A stretch of DNA of 64,000 nucleotides, taken from NCBI GenBank assembly GCA_017472605.1, contig JAFUPV010000012.1:470-64469 (forward strand). The letters run 5' to 3'. Source of the DNA: Lachnospiraceae bacterium (GTDB lineage: Bacteria > Bacillota > Clostridia > Lachnospirales > Lachnospiraceae). Position numbers and translations under genes: made by a program. Numbering within the stretch: position 1 is the first letter of the stretch; the number at the start of each line of letters is the position of its first letter. The notes under the pieces are model-generated. The model was not told where the DNA came from. It searched no databases and was given only the letters and a program-made list of their open reading frames with translations. Shown here in pieces: positions 10,313-20,257 of the stretch.

Positions 10313-11816
10313 ACACCTCCTCATCCTTCCGCACCAACAGCCGCTCAAACGCCTGCACGCTGATTTCAAAATTCTCATGCCCCTTCACTTCCAGGAACAC
10401 AGGAACATGGTTCAGGATCCGCTGCTGCCAGCACCAGAAAAAGGAAGTGTAATTAATCATCGGTCCAAACCATTCTTCAATGGCGCAATGATTTTTATAT
10501 CCATCCTCAAACGGCACCACCTGGTGGATGTGATATGCCACTGTTTTCTGCCCCATTCTCTCATACCACCTGCTGACCGGGTATTTCTGTGCCAGCAGTC
10601 CATTGTTTCTGGCATGCCCCACATCCAGCACATGTCCCACCCGATTGCTTTCGCCTGCCATCCGATTCAGTTCGTTGATCCACAGAGACACCTCTTCCGG
10701 TATGTAACCAAAACCGCGGTTTCCATCCGCCGCCTCACCCGGATTCATATGCAGATTCTCAATTCCCAGTTTCACACCTGGTCTCACCTTCCGGACTACA
10801 TCAAAATAGAGGGTCAGAATCTCATTCCACCGCGCCCCGCCATATGGAATCCCGGACTTTTTCACGCGGGGCGGATGCATCGTCAGTCCGTCTGCGTTCA
10901 CCAGACAGGCATATTCCAGCGCCTGATACCACTGCTCTTTCCCCACAACTTCTCCGTCCCGGATTCGGATATCCGGCATGTGAACCGACAGATATCCCTT
11001 CGTTTGTTTTCTCCATTCCTCAATGAGCGGCAGAATGGTCCAATCCGGCGTCCAGTCATCGATGCACCTCAGCTCAATGTTGGGAATTCCATGCTCCAGC
11101 GCGTAGGCCACATCTGCCTGATTATCCACACAGGAAATGCCAAAATACCGGCGCACATCCTCCATTGTCTCTCTGGGAACTCCGATCTGACATTCACGGA
11201 GGTCAATTTCCTCTTCGGAAACCGTAAGCCAGGTCAGAGCCGGAAAACTTCCGATGCACTTGTCCGGATCCAGGCATTTCACGCCAATCACCCGGCTGTT
11301 TCCAATCCGTCTGTCCATCCATTGATGGGCATGCCCATGTAAGATTGTAATCGGAACCTGCTCTGCCAGAGCCGTCAGATCGTTCCTGCTTTCCTCCTCC
11401 AGAGATTCCGGATCATGATGCAGAAATACAAGATCACCCGGTTTCACATTTCTGAGCCGTTCTTTCTCCCCGTCCGCAATCCGACCATAGGGGGTATTCA
11501 CACCGATCACCTTTCTCTTCCCAAGGATGAGTTCTCTGTTCTGAAACAGCTGCACCATCGTCTCTGCAGACGCCGGGTCCCTGACATCTGAATTTCCCGC
11601 CGCCTCACAGAGGGAAAAATCACGCAGGATTTCCCGATAGGCTTCATAGCCCTCCAGCTCCCCGCAGGCAGTCACATCACCGGGACAGATCACTGCATCT
11701 GCGCCCTCCTGCCTCATTCGCTGCGCCGCACACCTGAGAAATGCATGCTGAGCGGTGCGATTTCCCTCTGTCAAATGCAGATCACAGATAACGCCAATCC
11801 TGTATTTATCTTTCAT
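10215..11816 (-). CDS. Metallophosphoesterase fused to a sugar-phosphate isomerase/epimerase-like (AP endonuclease 2) TIM barrel
   Basis: N-terminal DLH, GDVT, GNSD, HH and GHAH motifs; C-terminal IENL, LDVGHA, YHIHQ and FLEV metal-ligand pattern. Confidence 0.7.
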   Translation of the reverse strand: MKDKYRIGVICDLHLTEGNRTAQHAFLRCAAQRMRQEGADAVICPGDVTACGELEGYEAYREILRDFSLCEAAGNSDVRDPASAETMVQLFQNRELILGKRKVIGVNTPYGRIADGEKERLRNVKPGDLVFLHHDPESLEEESRNDLTALAEQVPITILHGHAHQWMDRRIGNSRVIGVKCLDPDKCIGSFPALTWLTVSEEEIDLRECQIGVPRETMEDVRRYFGISCVDNQADVAYALEHGIPNIELRCIDDWTPDWTILPLIEEWRKQTKGYLSVHMPDIRIRDGEVVGKEQWYQALEYACLVNADGLTMHPPRVKKSGIPYGGARWNEILTLYFDVVRKVRPGVKLGIENLHMNPGEAADGNRGFGYIPEEVSLWINELNRMAGESNRVGHVLDVGHARNNGLLAQKYPVSRWYERMGQKTVAYHIHQVVPFEDGYKNHCAIEEWFGPMINYTSFFWCWQQRILNHVPVFLEVKGHENFEISVQAFERLLVRKDEEVCLVPESNGSEPGAERGENMPGAERGERVPGAE

Positions 11817-11842
11817 ATCCCGCTTCCTCCCGGTAATCCTTT

Positions 11843-12544
11843 TTATAATTCTTCCACATACCGCACGCCGTCAATTTCCCGCAGCACATCCATCACCACG
11901 GCTCGCCTGCTCTTATCCTTCACTTCAATCGTTGCGATTGCAGTGGGCCCCTCACCCTTAATCCGGCTTTTTGATACCTCAAACATCACCAGCTTCAGTT
12001 CTTCACTGCGCAGCGCATCCCGGAATCCCCGAATGCTCTGGTTTCGCTCAAATTCCAGATACAGGTCATATACCTTTGCATACCTTGGCAGCAAATGATC
12101 CACATAGTTCAGGATTTTAAAGGTAAACAGCGCAAATGCGGTACCTAAAACAACGCCTTCCATGTAGCCGATTCCGGCTGCAAGCCCGAGACAGGCACAG
12201 GTCCACAGACCGGCCGCCGTTGTCAGACCTCTGATCTGATTTTTTCCGGTTACAATGATTGTACCGACTCCAAGAAAGCCCACACCGCTGATCACCTGCG
12301 CACCAAGACGGCCCAGATCCGATTCCGAAGGAAAATGCACGCTCATGTACTGTCCTGTCATCATGACCACCGCGGCGCCCAGGCAAACCAGCACATGCGT
12401 TTTAATGCCGGCTCCTCTTCGTTTGAGTCCTCTGTCAATCCCGACAGCCAGCCCGACAATCATCGCGGCAGACATGCGCAAAACCATTGACAGCAGGCTC
12501 CATTCCCTCGCTGTAACAACCAGCCATTTCCACATCTCATTCAC
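11843..12544 (-). CDS. MgtC/SapB family membrane protein
   Basis: GIDRGLKRRGAGIKTHVLVCLGA, RLGAQVISGVGFLGVGTI, GLTTAAGLW. Confidence 0.92.
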   Translation of the reverse strand: MNEMWKWLVVTAREWSLLSMVLRMSAAMIVGLAVGIDRGLKRRGAGIKTHVLVCLGAAVVMMTGQYMSVHFPSESDLGRLGAQVISGVGFLGVGTIIVTGKNQIRGLTTAAGLWTCACLGLAAGIGYMEGVVLGTAFALFTFKILNYVDHLLPRYAKVYDLYLEFERNQSIRGFRDALRSEELKLVMFEVSKSRIKGEGPTAIATIEVKDKSRRAVVMDVLREIDGVRYVEEL

Positions 12545-14216
12545 TCCATTCTGCTTCTTTTTTTCGGATTACACGTCCCCATCCGTCAAAATCCAGAATC
12601 ACCTCCGCAGTCTCGATGACGCCGCTGCCCCATCTGGAGAAAACGCAGGGGCTATCATATGTCTCATATGGAAATCGAACCGTTTCGCCATTAACCCGCC
12701 GTTCCTTCCGGTTCATCATCAGATTGGAGTAAGTCAGCGTCATGGTATCCGGATCCAGCCGCGGATGGCCGGCTCTTACCATCTCCTGAAACGCCGAAAA
12801 GCTTCCGCTCTCCTCCCGGGTCGAAACAACGCAGACCACCCCATGCTTTCTGCCGCAGCTGCGCACTTCTTTCTCCCGCAGATCCTCGCGTCCATCGCTG
12901 ATTCCCTGGGAAAACCACAGCGCTGCATATACCCTTTTATGGGCTTTCATCCACAGATAGTTTTCTTCCCGTACCACTTCCAGACGGGAAAACGGCACAC
13001 TTGCATGAATGAATCCTTCTTCCGACTCCGGTATGTCATAAGTCGCCATGGCCACATTCCCTTCACTGAAAAACTGTCCACAGCAGCAGAACAGATCTCC
13101 GGTCCAGTATCCATGCTCCTTTCCCTCCGGTCCACAGCTGCCCGGATGGTGGGTGAAGATGCGGATATCCTCCGTCGGCAGAATCGTCAGCTCCCATTCA
13201 TGCTGCTGATGATGGGCATACCAGGCAGCTTCGCTCCCTGCCGGATAGTCATCCTGCCAGGTCACACCGCCGATCATGTAATCCGGCGTGATGTAAGTCC
13301 GTTTGCTGATGCTTCCCGGAACCTGAGGAACCTGTCTGTGAGGGGTCTGGTATGTAATGCTGTGCAGATGCTTGCACTCTCTGTTTTCCCAACGTTCGGG
13401 ACGCGCCCGAAGAACGGCATATACATAGTCAGCCGGTCGGAATGTACTTGCTGCCGGCTCCAGGCAGGCACCACACGTCTCGTCCTCCCCAAAATAGAGC
13501 TGATACAGCAGATACATTCCCTTCAGCCGGAAGGAAAACGCATAGCGTTCATAAATTCTGCCATGAGCGCCGCCGTAAAATCCCTGTCCGGAACAGTCCA
13601 TGATCATATCCAGAAGCATCACATTGGCCGACATTTCCGCATACCGGCTCATTGGTTCATCCGCAAAATCATATAGATTCAGCAGAGCGGCAAACACCTC
13701 CAGTCCATAACCGGTCGAGTCAAACTCCGCCCATCCTCTCTGTGCCCGAAAGCGGATAAATTCCTGCAGAAAATCCCGATCCACAGCCGCCATCTCCGCT
13801 CCCTTCATCTGATATGGTTCAAAAAGCGCATCCGGATATCTGAGCGCATATAAATATCTGGCTTCATGGAACAGAAGCATGTGATTCTCTGATTTATACA
13901 CGCTCTCAAAGTCCCATTTGGTAAAGAATTCGTGGATCAGCTCCATGGTTTGCTTCGGGAGCCTGTCCTCCAGACTGTAGCATGCCCGGATCAGCTTGTG
14001 AGCCACAAAATCCGGTTCCCCCTGTAAAAAACGCCCCTGCCCTTTTGGATGAGGCAGTTCGAACCACTTTGCCGCCCGGTTCAGTCCGGCAATCGCTTCC
14101 TCATCCGTCTGCTCCTTCCACAAAAGCCTGGCAATCGCCTTCTCTCCGTAAGGATCATATCCAATCTCCCCTTCCAGAAGTTCCTTTTTTATCCTCTCAT
14201 ACAGTACCTGATTCAT
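12537..14216 (-). CDS. Uncharacterised 559-aa cytoplasmic protein, possibly lyase-like (helical toroid plus beta-sandwich)
   Basis: Long ORF overlapping both neighbours; helical N-terminal half with SENH, EFDSTGY and GGAHGRIY; beta-rich C-terminal half. Confidence 0.6.
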   Translation of the reverse strand: MNQVLYERIKKELLEGEIGYDPYGEKAIARLLWKEQTDEEAIAGLNRAAKWFELPHPKGQGRFLQGEPDFVAHKLIRACYSLEDRLPKQTMELIHEFFTKWDFESVYKSENHMLLFHEARYLYALRYPDALFEPYQMKGAEMAAVDRDFLQEFIRFRAQRGWAEFDSTGYGLEVFAALLNLYDFADEPMSRYAEMSANVMLLDMIMDCSGQGFYGGAHGRIYERYAFSFRLKGMYLLYQLYFGEDETCGACLEPAASTFRPADYVYAVLRARPERWENRECKHLHSITYQTPHRQVPQVPGSISKRTYITPDYMIGGVTWQDDYPAGSEAAWYAHHQQHEWELTILPTEDIRIFTHHPGSCGPEGKEHGYWTGDLFCCCGQFFSEGNVAMATYDIPESEEGFIHASVPFSRLEVVREENYLWMKAHKRVYAALWFSQGISDGREDLREKEVRSCGRKHGVVCVVSTREESGSFSAFQEMVRAGHPRLDPDTMTLTYSNLMMNRKERRVNGETVRFPYETYDSPCVFSRWGSGVIETAEVILDFDGWGRVIRKKEAEWSE

Positions 14217-16408
14217 TCCGGTTCTCCTTCCAGTTCCTTCCGTAATTCCCAGTACTCCGATCCCGCCGCCAGAATCACTCCAGTTCCATGATCATCATTG
14301 CAGATCGTAGGAATCGAAAAGTAGTACTCCGCTTCCATCGCGCAGCCGGATCCCATGCACACACCATATACATTTCCCCGTTTGTCAATGCTGTGCGTTA
14401 AAAGCCCTTTCCATGCCCTCTCCATCGTGTCAAGAAAATCCCTCTCCAGCCATCCATACCGGACACCTCTTGCAAACGCCAGCAAAAACATGCCTGTACA
14501 GGACGTTTCCAGATAGGAACCTTCCTCTGTCCGGTTCAGTACCTGATGCCACAGCCCGCTCTCATCCTGCAGTTCCCGGATTCTGTGGGCCATCTCATAA
14601 AACAGCTGTTTCTCCTTTGACACATCCACATGACCTTCCCCATACATCAGAAATTCAGACAGGGTCCACATGACCCAGCCGTTTCCCCTTCCCCACGGAA
14701 CCCGATTTGCCCGTTCCTCATGAGAAAAATAGATATGAGAAAACAAATGCTCGTCTTCCATGTACAGACGTTTCCGAAATCCGCAAATCTGCTGTGCCGC
14801 TTTTTGAAACCACGTGCTGTCCTTCGTCAGTCTGCCCATGCGGACAAGAAATGGACAGCTCATGTACAGGTCATCTGCCCACATGGTATCCACACGGTAA
14901 TAGGTTCCGTCCGCAAGCCGGGGAATGGTTTCCTCCGCCTGATACCGGATCCGATCGATCAGGGGAAGCAGATTTCTGTCATTGGAATCCAGATAGGCAT
15001 CGATCAGATTCATTCCCATGGTTCCGATGTTGTCCAGAACATTCATCTGCGCAGTCCTTGGCATAAAGGCGGGCATTACATGGGTTCTGATGTCGTATTG
15101 GATATAGTCAAACCAGGCGGCAAGCATGCTCATGTTTTCGCAGAACAGGCGCTGCCTTTCCCTGTCCCCGAAGCAGGCTGCCGCGTCCCGGATTCCATAG
15201 AAACCGACCATCAGCGCATAAAACCACTGGCCGAAAAATACGCTGTCCAGATAAGCGCGAAGCTCACTGCCGTCGCAGAAGCGCCAGTACACCGGCTCTC
15301 CCTTTGCATTGACAAACACCTTCGAGAAATCCCATTCATATTCCGGGCCATGACACTGGGTTCCGCAGAAGGGGCCGGCAAAGATGGCTTTATCGCCTGT
15401 TTTCCGGCCGGACTGCAGGAACGGAAGAACCAGGTTGGCCGTATCAAGGGACAGATACCAGTCATCGCCCCTTCGCCTGCACCGAATCAGCACCCGGTCC
15501 CCTTTTTCCAGATACGGCTCCGAATCTTTCTGCACCATCCCGTTCACCCAGATCTCCTCTGCCGTGCCGCAAAAAGAAAGACGATGCGCCCTGGCTGCCT
15601 CCGAGTAGACGTAGCACACATCTCCCTCCTGACACAAGTTCCGGAAATCAAAGGTCTCTCCCCGAGGAAACGTTTCTCCCTGAGGAAGCGTCTCTCCCGG
15701 AGGAAATGTCTCTCCCGAAAGAAGCAACGGCGGCCATGCGTAGGAAATGGCAGCCCATCCGTCATCGGTCCCCTTCCATTCATCCGCATGAAACAGCTGA
15801 CTCAGCGCAATTCCTTCTTCCCCTGCTCTCTCCTCCATCGGGAGAACCGCTCTTGCCCAAAACAGATAATCATTGGCCCACATGCCCGGATATCGCTTTA
15901 CCGACAGAAGCACTTCAAACGCAAATGGCTCCTCTGCTCTCTTCTCGCACAGGATCCGCACCGGATTCTCCTTCTCCGTTTTTACCCGGATCGGCAGATG
16001 AACCGGCTCCTCCAGGCGTTGATCCCATTCGTTCCCGCCGTTTTTCTCCCCCTGCCTTTCCTCCATTTTCTCATGGCTTCTTCCATCATAAATCAGCTGT
16101 TTTTCATACCAGACACAGACATTTCCCGATACATTCAGATAGATTTCTTCCTCCTGCAGACAGCGGATGCAAAAATCCGCAATCACAGAATCTCCCTCCT
16201 TCGCTTCCGGATACATCGCATCCAGATCCACCCGAAGACTCCCCAGCGCGCGCACATACCGGACAAAGGGGCATGGCTGAAACGGCCGGTAATGTACATC
16301 GGTTTTCGGTCTTGTCTGCAATGCGCGATCCATGATGGTGCGGATCACCTGCGCGGTTCCCTGGTCCTGTAAAATCATTTCCTGTCCATGGATTATTGTT
16401 TCATTCAT
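14213..16408 (-). CDS. GH105/GH88-type unsaturated glycuronyl hydrolase with an N-terminal extension of about 385 aa
   Basis: C-terminal MWADDLYM, HLFSH, WGRGNGW, GLWHQVL, YLETSCTGMF and DDHGTG motifs. Confidence 0.85.
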   Translation of the reverse strand: MNETIIHGQEMILQDQGTAQVIRTIMDRALQTRPKTDVHYRPFQPCPFVRYVRALGSLRVDLDAMYPEAKEGDSVIADFCIRCLQEEEIYLNVSGNVCVWYEKQLIYDGRSHEKMEERQGEKNGGNEWDQRLEEPVHLPIRVKTEKENPVRILCEKRAEEPFAFEVLLSVKRYPGMWANDYLFWARAVLPMEERAGEEGIALSQLFHADEWKGTDDGWAAISYAWPPLLLSGETFPPGETLPQGETFPRGETFDFRNLCQEGDVCYVYSEAARAHRLSFCGTAEEIWVNGMVQKDSEPYLEKGDRVLIRCRRRGDDWYLSLDTANLVLPFLQSGRKTGDKAIFAGPFCGTQCHGPEYEWDFSKVFVNAKGEPVYWRFCDGSELRAYLDSVFFGQWFYALMVGFYGIRDAAACFGDRERQRLFCENMSMLAAWFDYIQYDIRTHVMPAFMPRTAQMNVLDNIGTMGMNLIDAYLDSNDRNLLPLIDRIRYQAEETIPRLADGTYYRVDTMWADDLYMSCPFLVRMGRLTKDSTWFQKAAQQICGFRKRLYMEDEHLFSHIYFSHEERANRVPWGRGNGWVMWTLSEFLMYGEGHVDVSKEKQLFYEMAHRIRELQDESGLWHQVLNRTEEGSYLETSCTGMFLLAFARGVRYGWLERDFLDTMERAWKGLLTHSIDKRGNVYGVCMGSGCAMEAEYYFSIPTICNDDHGTGVILAAGSEYWELRKELEGEPE
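15654..15725. repeat. 4 x 18-bp in-frame tandem repeat (GETxPx) inside the GH105 gene
   Basis: gtctctccccgaggaaac / gtttctccctgaggaagc / gtctctcccggaggaaat / gtctctcccgaaagaagc. Confidence 0.9.
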
Positions 16409-16499
16409 CGTTCTGCTCTCCTGCTTTCGCCGAATCTCTCGTTATCGCGGCGCTCGTCTGATGAGTGCGCAAGCGCCCTCGCCTGACTCGCTGCTCGCG

Positions 16500-16542
16500 T
16501 AAATCTGACCGAACGTGTCACCGGCACGTTCGCCTGGATGTA
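16500..16542 (+). repeat. REP-like palindromic element, copy 1
   Basis: TAAATCTGACCGAACGTGTCACCGGCACGTTCGCCTGGATGTA; stem CGAACGTG/CACGTTCG; 38/43 identical to the reverse complement of 28470-28512. Confidence 0.8.
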
Positions 16543-16556
16543 TAAATAACGGAAAA

Positions 16557-16577
16557 GGGCGGTGAAAGACACCGCCC
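16557..16577 (-). terminator. Rho-independent terminator after the SBP gene
   Basis: GGGCGGTG-TCTTT-CACCGCCC followed by TTTT on the minus strand. Confidence 0.7.
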
Positions 16578-16595
16578 CCGCCCTGGTTCTGTTTC

Positions 16596-18179
16596 TTATC
16601 GATTTTCAGCGATCCACTCGTCGATCTGCTTCTGATAGTCATCAATGACATCCTGCACACCTGCGTCTTCCAGCTTCTTCATGAACTCCTCATAGCAGGC
16701 TTCCCAGCCGTCAACGCCCATAACGCCGGTTGTCAGCGTGTTCTTATACTCGTCCGCAACTGCCGCCACCTGACTGATCTGGGTCGCAATGTTTGCGGTG
16801 GAAGGCGCAAAGCCGATGAGAGAAGAGGAAACCGTATCCGGTGATTCGTTCAGTTCCTTCGCAAGCTCATACTGTCCGTCCAGAACCGCCTGATTCTTAT
16901 ACGCATAGAAGCTGTTTCCGATGATCCACTTCATTGCCGCATAGGAAGTGTCCTCACCGCCCTGGCTTCCCGCATACTCAAGCGTCTCGATTCGATCCGG
17001 ATCCTCCGCATCCTTGACATAATGCTCGCCTTCCAGACCAAACACAACGGTGTTGTAAATTTCTTTTCCAATCTCCGTACCCGTTGTCAGCAGCTCGATA
17101 AACTTCGCCGCTTCCTCCGGATGCTCACAGGTGGAGGAAATGCCGTTTCCGCCTGCCGCCCACTTGTACTGAATGTAATCGTACTGCTGTACAGGAATCG
17201 CAACCACGTCAAAGCCGTAGGATTCACTGTAAATCTCAGAAACATGCTCCGGCGTACCGATCTGCTCCTTCACGCAGAATACGGTAGAAATCTCGTCCAT
17301 CATGTGGCCATATGCGTAGTTCTGAAGATCTGTGCTGACGCCGTCCGGTGAGAAAATGCCCTTGTCATACCAGTCCGCATAAATTGCCCATTTCTCTTTG
17401 AACTCGTCATTCATGTACAGGTAGGAAACCTCATCGGTGCCGTCCTTTACCATAAATCCCTTGCCAAGCGCGTCATATGGCGTTTCAAAAGCATAGCCAA
17501 GCGTGCCGCCGACCTCACTGATGCTCAGGGTACTTGCATATTTCGTGTCACCCTCGCCGGCGCGGACAGCCATTACATATTCCTCCAGGCAGGCAGCCTT
17601 CTCGGTAATCGTCAGATCCCAGTTTGTCAGCGTCTCATACATCTCATCATAGTTTCCATACTTGTCCATATATTCCTTCGGGAACAGAATGTATGCACTG
17701 TTGAATGCATTCTGATAGTTGGGAACCATGTAGGTCTCTCCGTCAACCATACCCATCTTCCACAGCCACTCCGGCAATTCTGCCCTCAACTCATCGGAAA
17801 TATACGCATCCATCGGCATGAAGCTTCCATCCTCCACATGCTCCGCAAAGGAAGACAGGTTCACGCTGTTTAAGATGTCGATCTGCGCCTTGCTCGCCTG
17901 TGCCAGCAGCACCTGCTGATTATATTCCGATGAAACAAAGCAGTTAAAGTTTACCGATACATGTTCCATGCCGGGAACGGTTTTCAGCAGCTCATTGACC
18001 TTTGCTTCCACCGCGTCCGTATCCTCCTGCTGTCCGCAGCCTCTGTAATACCATTCCAGCAGAACCGGCTCCTTCTCCTCTCCGTCCTCTGCCGCAGCAG
18101 CCGGGCCTGCTCCCGCTCCAATCATCAGACCCATTGACAGCAGCACTGCCATTGATAATGCTCTTCTTACCTTTCTCAT
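16596..18179 (-). CDS. Carbohydrate ABC transporter solute-binding protein
   Basis: Start MRKVRR with RBS GGAGG; signal peptide; acidic SBP body with FGLEGEHY and KLEDAGVQDVIDDYQKQ C-terminus; follows two permease genes. Confidence 0.88.
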   Translation of the reverse strand: MRKVRRALSMAVLLSMGLMIGAGAGPAAAAEDGEEKEPVLLEWYYRGCGQQEDTDAVEAKVNELLKTVPGMEHVSVNFNCFVSSEYNQQVLLAQASKAQIDILNSVNLSSFAEHVEDGSFMPMDAYISDELRAELPEWLWKMGMVDGETYMVPNYQNAFNSAYILFPKEYMDKYGNYDEMYETLTNWDLTITEKAACLEEYVMAVRAGEGDTKYASTLSISEVGGTLGYAFETPYDALGKGFMVKDGTDEVSYLYMNDEFKEKWAIYADWYDKGIFSPDGVSTDLQNYAYGHMMDEISTVFCVKEQIGTPEHVSEIYSESYGFDVVAIPVQQYDYIQYKWAAGGNGISSTCEHPEEAAKFIELLTTGTEIGKEIYNTVVFGLEGEHYVKDAEDPDRIETLEYAGSQGGEDTSYAAMKWIIGNSFYAYKNQAVLDGQYELAKELNESPDTVSSSLIGFAPSTANIATQISQVAAVADEYKNTLTTGVMGVDGWEACYEEFMKKLEDAGVQDVIDDYQKQIDEWIAENR

Positions 18180-18208
18180 CTGAAAACCTCCATGATTTTT
18201 ATTTATTG

Positions 18209-19087
18209 TCATCCCTTCACGCCTCCCAGTGTCATACCTTTGGTAAAATACTTCTGGAAGAAGGGAAATGCAACCAGTACCGGTCCGGCTGCGATGATAG
18301 CCATCGCAAAGCGCAGCGTTTCCGTCGGAACCACCGCGTCGCCAACATAGGAACCCATTTCCGTTGCCTGTTTCAGGTATTCCACTTCCCGGATCAGCCG
18401 CTGCAGCAGATACTGCAGGGAGTACAGATCCGGATCGCGGATATACAGCATCGATGTCATCCAGTCATTCCACTTTGTCACCAGAAACAGGAATGCAACG
18501 GATGCAATTCCTGGCTTTGCCAGCGGAACGACTATTTTAAAGCAGATATACAGTTCCTTTGCGCCGTCGATTTTTGCCGCCTCGATCAGCTCATCCGGAA
18601 TGCTCTGATAATTGGTCCGGATGATCATGACGTTGTACGCAGATACCAGTCCGGGAAGAATATACACCAGAATCTTGTCATCCAGATGAAGAACACTGGT
18701 CAGCAGGATGTAGGTTGGCACCATTCCGCCGGAAAACAGCATGGTAAAATAGACAAAAAAGTTCAGCTGCTTCTTCCAGATGAAATTCGGCCTGGACATG
18801 GGATAGGCCAGCATTGCCATGACAACGGTTGAAAGCAGCGTAGCCGCCAGTGTAAAGAAAATGGTGACTCCATAGGCACGGATAATCTTCATCGGATTGC
18901 GCAGCGCCAGTTCATATGCCGCCGTGCTGAACACCTTCGGTATCAGACGGTAGCCGCTCTGGATCAGTGTCGTTTCATCGGTGAAGGAAACGGAAATGAC
19001 CATCAGCAGCGGAAGGACATACATGACTGTTATCAGGATAAAAACAATGTGCAGACAGATCTGCCCCAGATTTTTTTTCTTCTTCAT
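18209..19087 (-). CDS. Carbohydrate ABC transporter permease
   Basis: EAA motif ELIEAAKIDGA, FSGGMVPTY, WNDW. Confidence 0.93.
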   Translation of the reverse strand: MKKKKNLGQICLHIVFILITVMYVLPLLMVISVSFTDETTLIQSGYRLIPKVFSTAAYELALRNPMKIIRAYGVTIFFTLAATLLSTVVMAMLAYPMSRPNFIWKKQLNFFVYFTMLFSGGMVPTYILLTSVLHLDDKILVYILPGLVSAYNVMIIRTNYQSIPDELIEAAKIDGAKELYICFKIVVPLAKPGIASVAFLFLVTKWNDWMTSMLYIRDPDLYSLQYLLQRLIREVEYLKQATEMGSYVGDAVVPTETLRFAMAIIAAGPVLVAFPFFQKYFTKGMTLGGVKG

Positions 19088-19098
19088 AGCCACTCCTC

Positions 19099-20031
19099 TT
19101 AAAACAGACAATTTTCCGGACTGATCTTTTTCACAACTGCATTGGCCAGCACAACGGTCAGAAATCCGGCTGCTGACTGGAACAGTCCGATGGCTGCGCC
19201 TCTTGCCAGATCTCCTGCCTGGAGCGCGCGATAGGTATAGGTATTAATGATATCCGTTACCGGATACAGGACTCCGGTGTTCTTCGGAACCTGGTAAAAC
19301 AGACCGAAATCTCCGGTAAACAGCTTGCCGATGGACAGGATGTTCTGAATGATTATAATGGGGAGCAGATGGGGAAGCATGACATGCCAGATCTGTTTGA
19401 TCTTATTTGCTCCATCCAGTCTGGCTGCCTCCAGCAGCCCCTCGTCCAGACTCATCAGGGAGGAATAGTAGATGACGCTGGTCACTCCCACATGGCCCCA
19501 TATGTATACAATCGTCAGGATCAGCGGCCATACACCAATCTGTGTATACCAGTCTGTCCTGCCTTTCCCAAGCGCCTCCAGCATCTGGTTCAGCAGGCCA
19601 TATCTGGAATGCAGGAAAACTTCTGCCAGAAATGCGACAACGACTGCCGAAAGAAAACGCGGAAACAGAATCACCGTGTTATACAGTTTCAGTGCTTTTG
19701 CATTTTTCAGGCTGTAAAACATCAGTGCCAGCGTTACCGCCGTTATGGTTCCCAGAATCATCCAGCTGAAATTATACAGGATTGTGTTCCGGATTGTCCG
19801 AACCGCATCTGCGGATGAGAAGAAGAACTTAAAATTGTCCAGACCGTTCCACGCGCTTCCCCAGATTCCCTTCAGCGGTTTATAGTTTTTAAATGCAATG
19901 ACAATGCCAAACATTGGTGCATAGTTGAAAATAAGGAGCAGCACAATTCCCGGAACTGCCAGCATTCCCATGCTGATGCTTTCGCGAACTGCTTTTTTCG
20001 ATGACTTTCCTCTCCTTCGTATCCCTTTCAC
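19099..20031 (-). CDS. Carbohydrate ABC transporter permease
   Basis: GTG start with RBS AAGGAGG; WNGLDNF, LLEAARLDGA. Confidence 0.93.
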   Translation of the reverse strand: MKGIRRRGKSSKKAVRESISMGMLAVPGIVLLLIFNYAPMFGIVIAFKNYKPLKGIWGSAWNGLDNFKFFFSSADAVRTIRNTILYNFSWMILGTITAVTLALMFYSLKNAKALKLYNTVILFPRFLSAVVVAFLAEVFLHSRYGLLNQMLEALGKGRTDWYTQIGVWPLILTIVYIWGHVGVTSVIYYSSLMSLDEGLLEAARLDGANKIKQIWHVMLPHLLPIIIIQNILSIGKLFTGDFGLFYQVPKNTGVLYPVTDIINTYTYRALQAGDLARGAAIGLFQSAAGFLTVVLANAVVKKISPENCLF

Positions 20032-20066
20032 GTCATTTGTTCCTCCTTGCCGCCTGTTGTGCTTTT

Positions 20067-20095
20067 ATTATGGCTTCCGTTTCCTCCTTTTTCAA
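20067..20095 (-). promoter_or_regulatory. Sigma-A promoter for the ABC operon
   Basis: TTGAAA-17bp-CATAAT on the minus strand. Confidence 0.5.
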
Positions 20096-20257
20096 TCCTC
20101 GTTTCATGCTTTTCTCCTCGTTTCGTACCAACCTCCGGAAATTGGTCTCCGGCGATTGAATTTTCGCTGATTTTCCGCTATGATTTACTTACCTTAACAG
20201 ACAAAGTGCGTTCCTCTTTGTCCTGTGCAAATATGTACTGTTTACCGGAGGTTTCTC

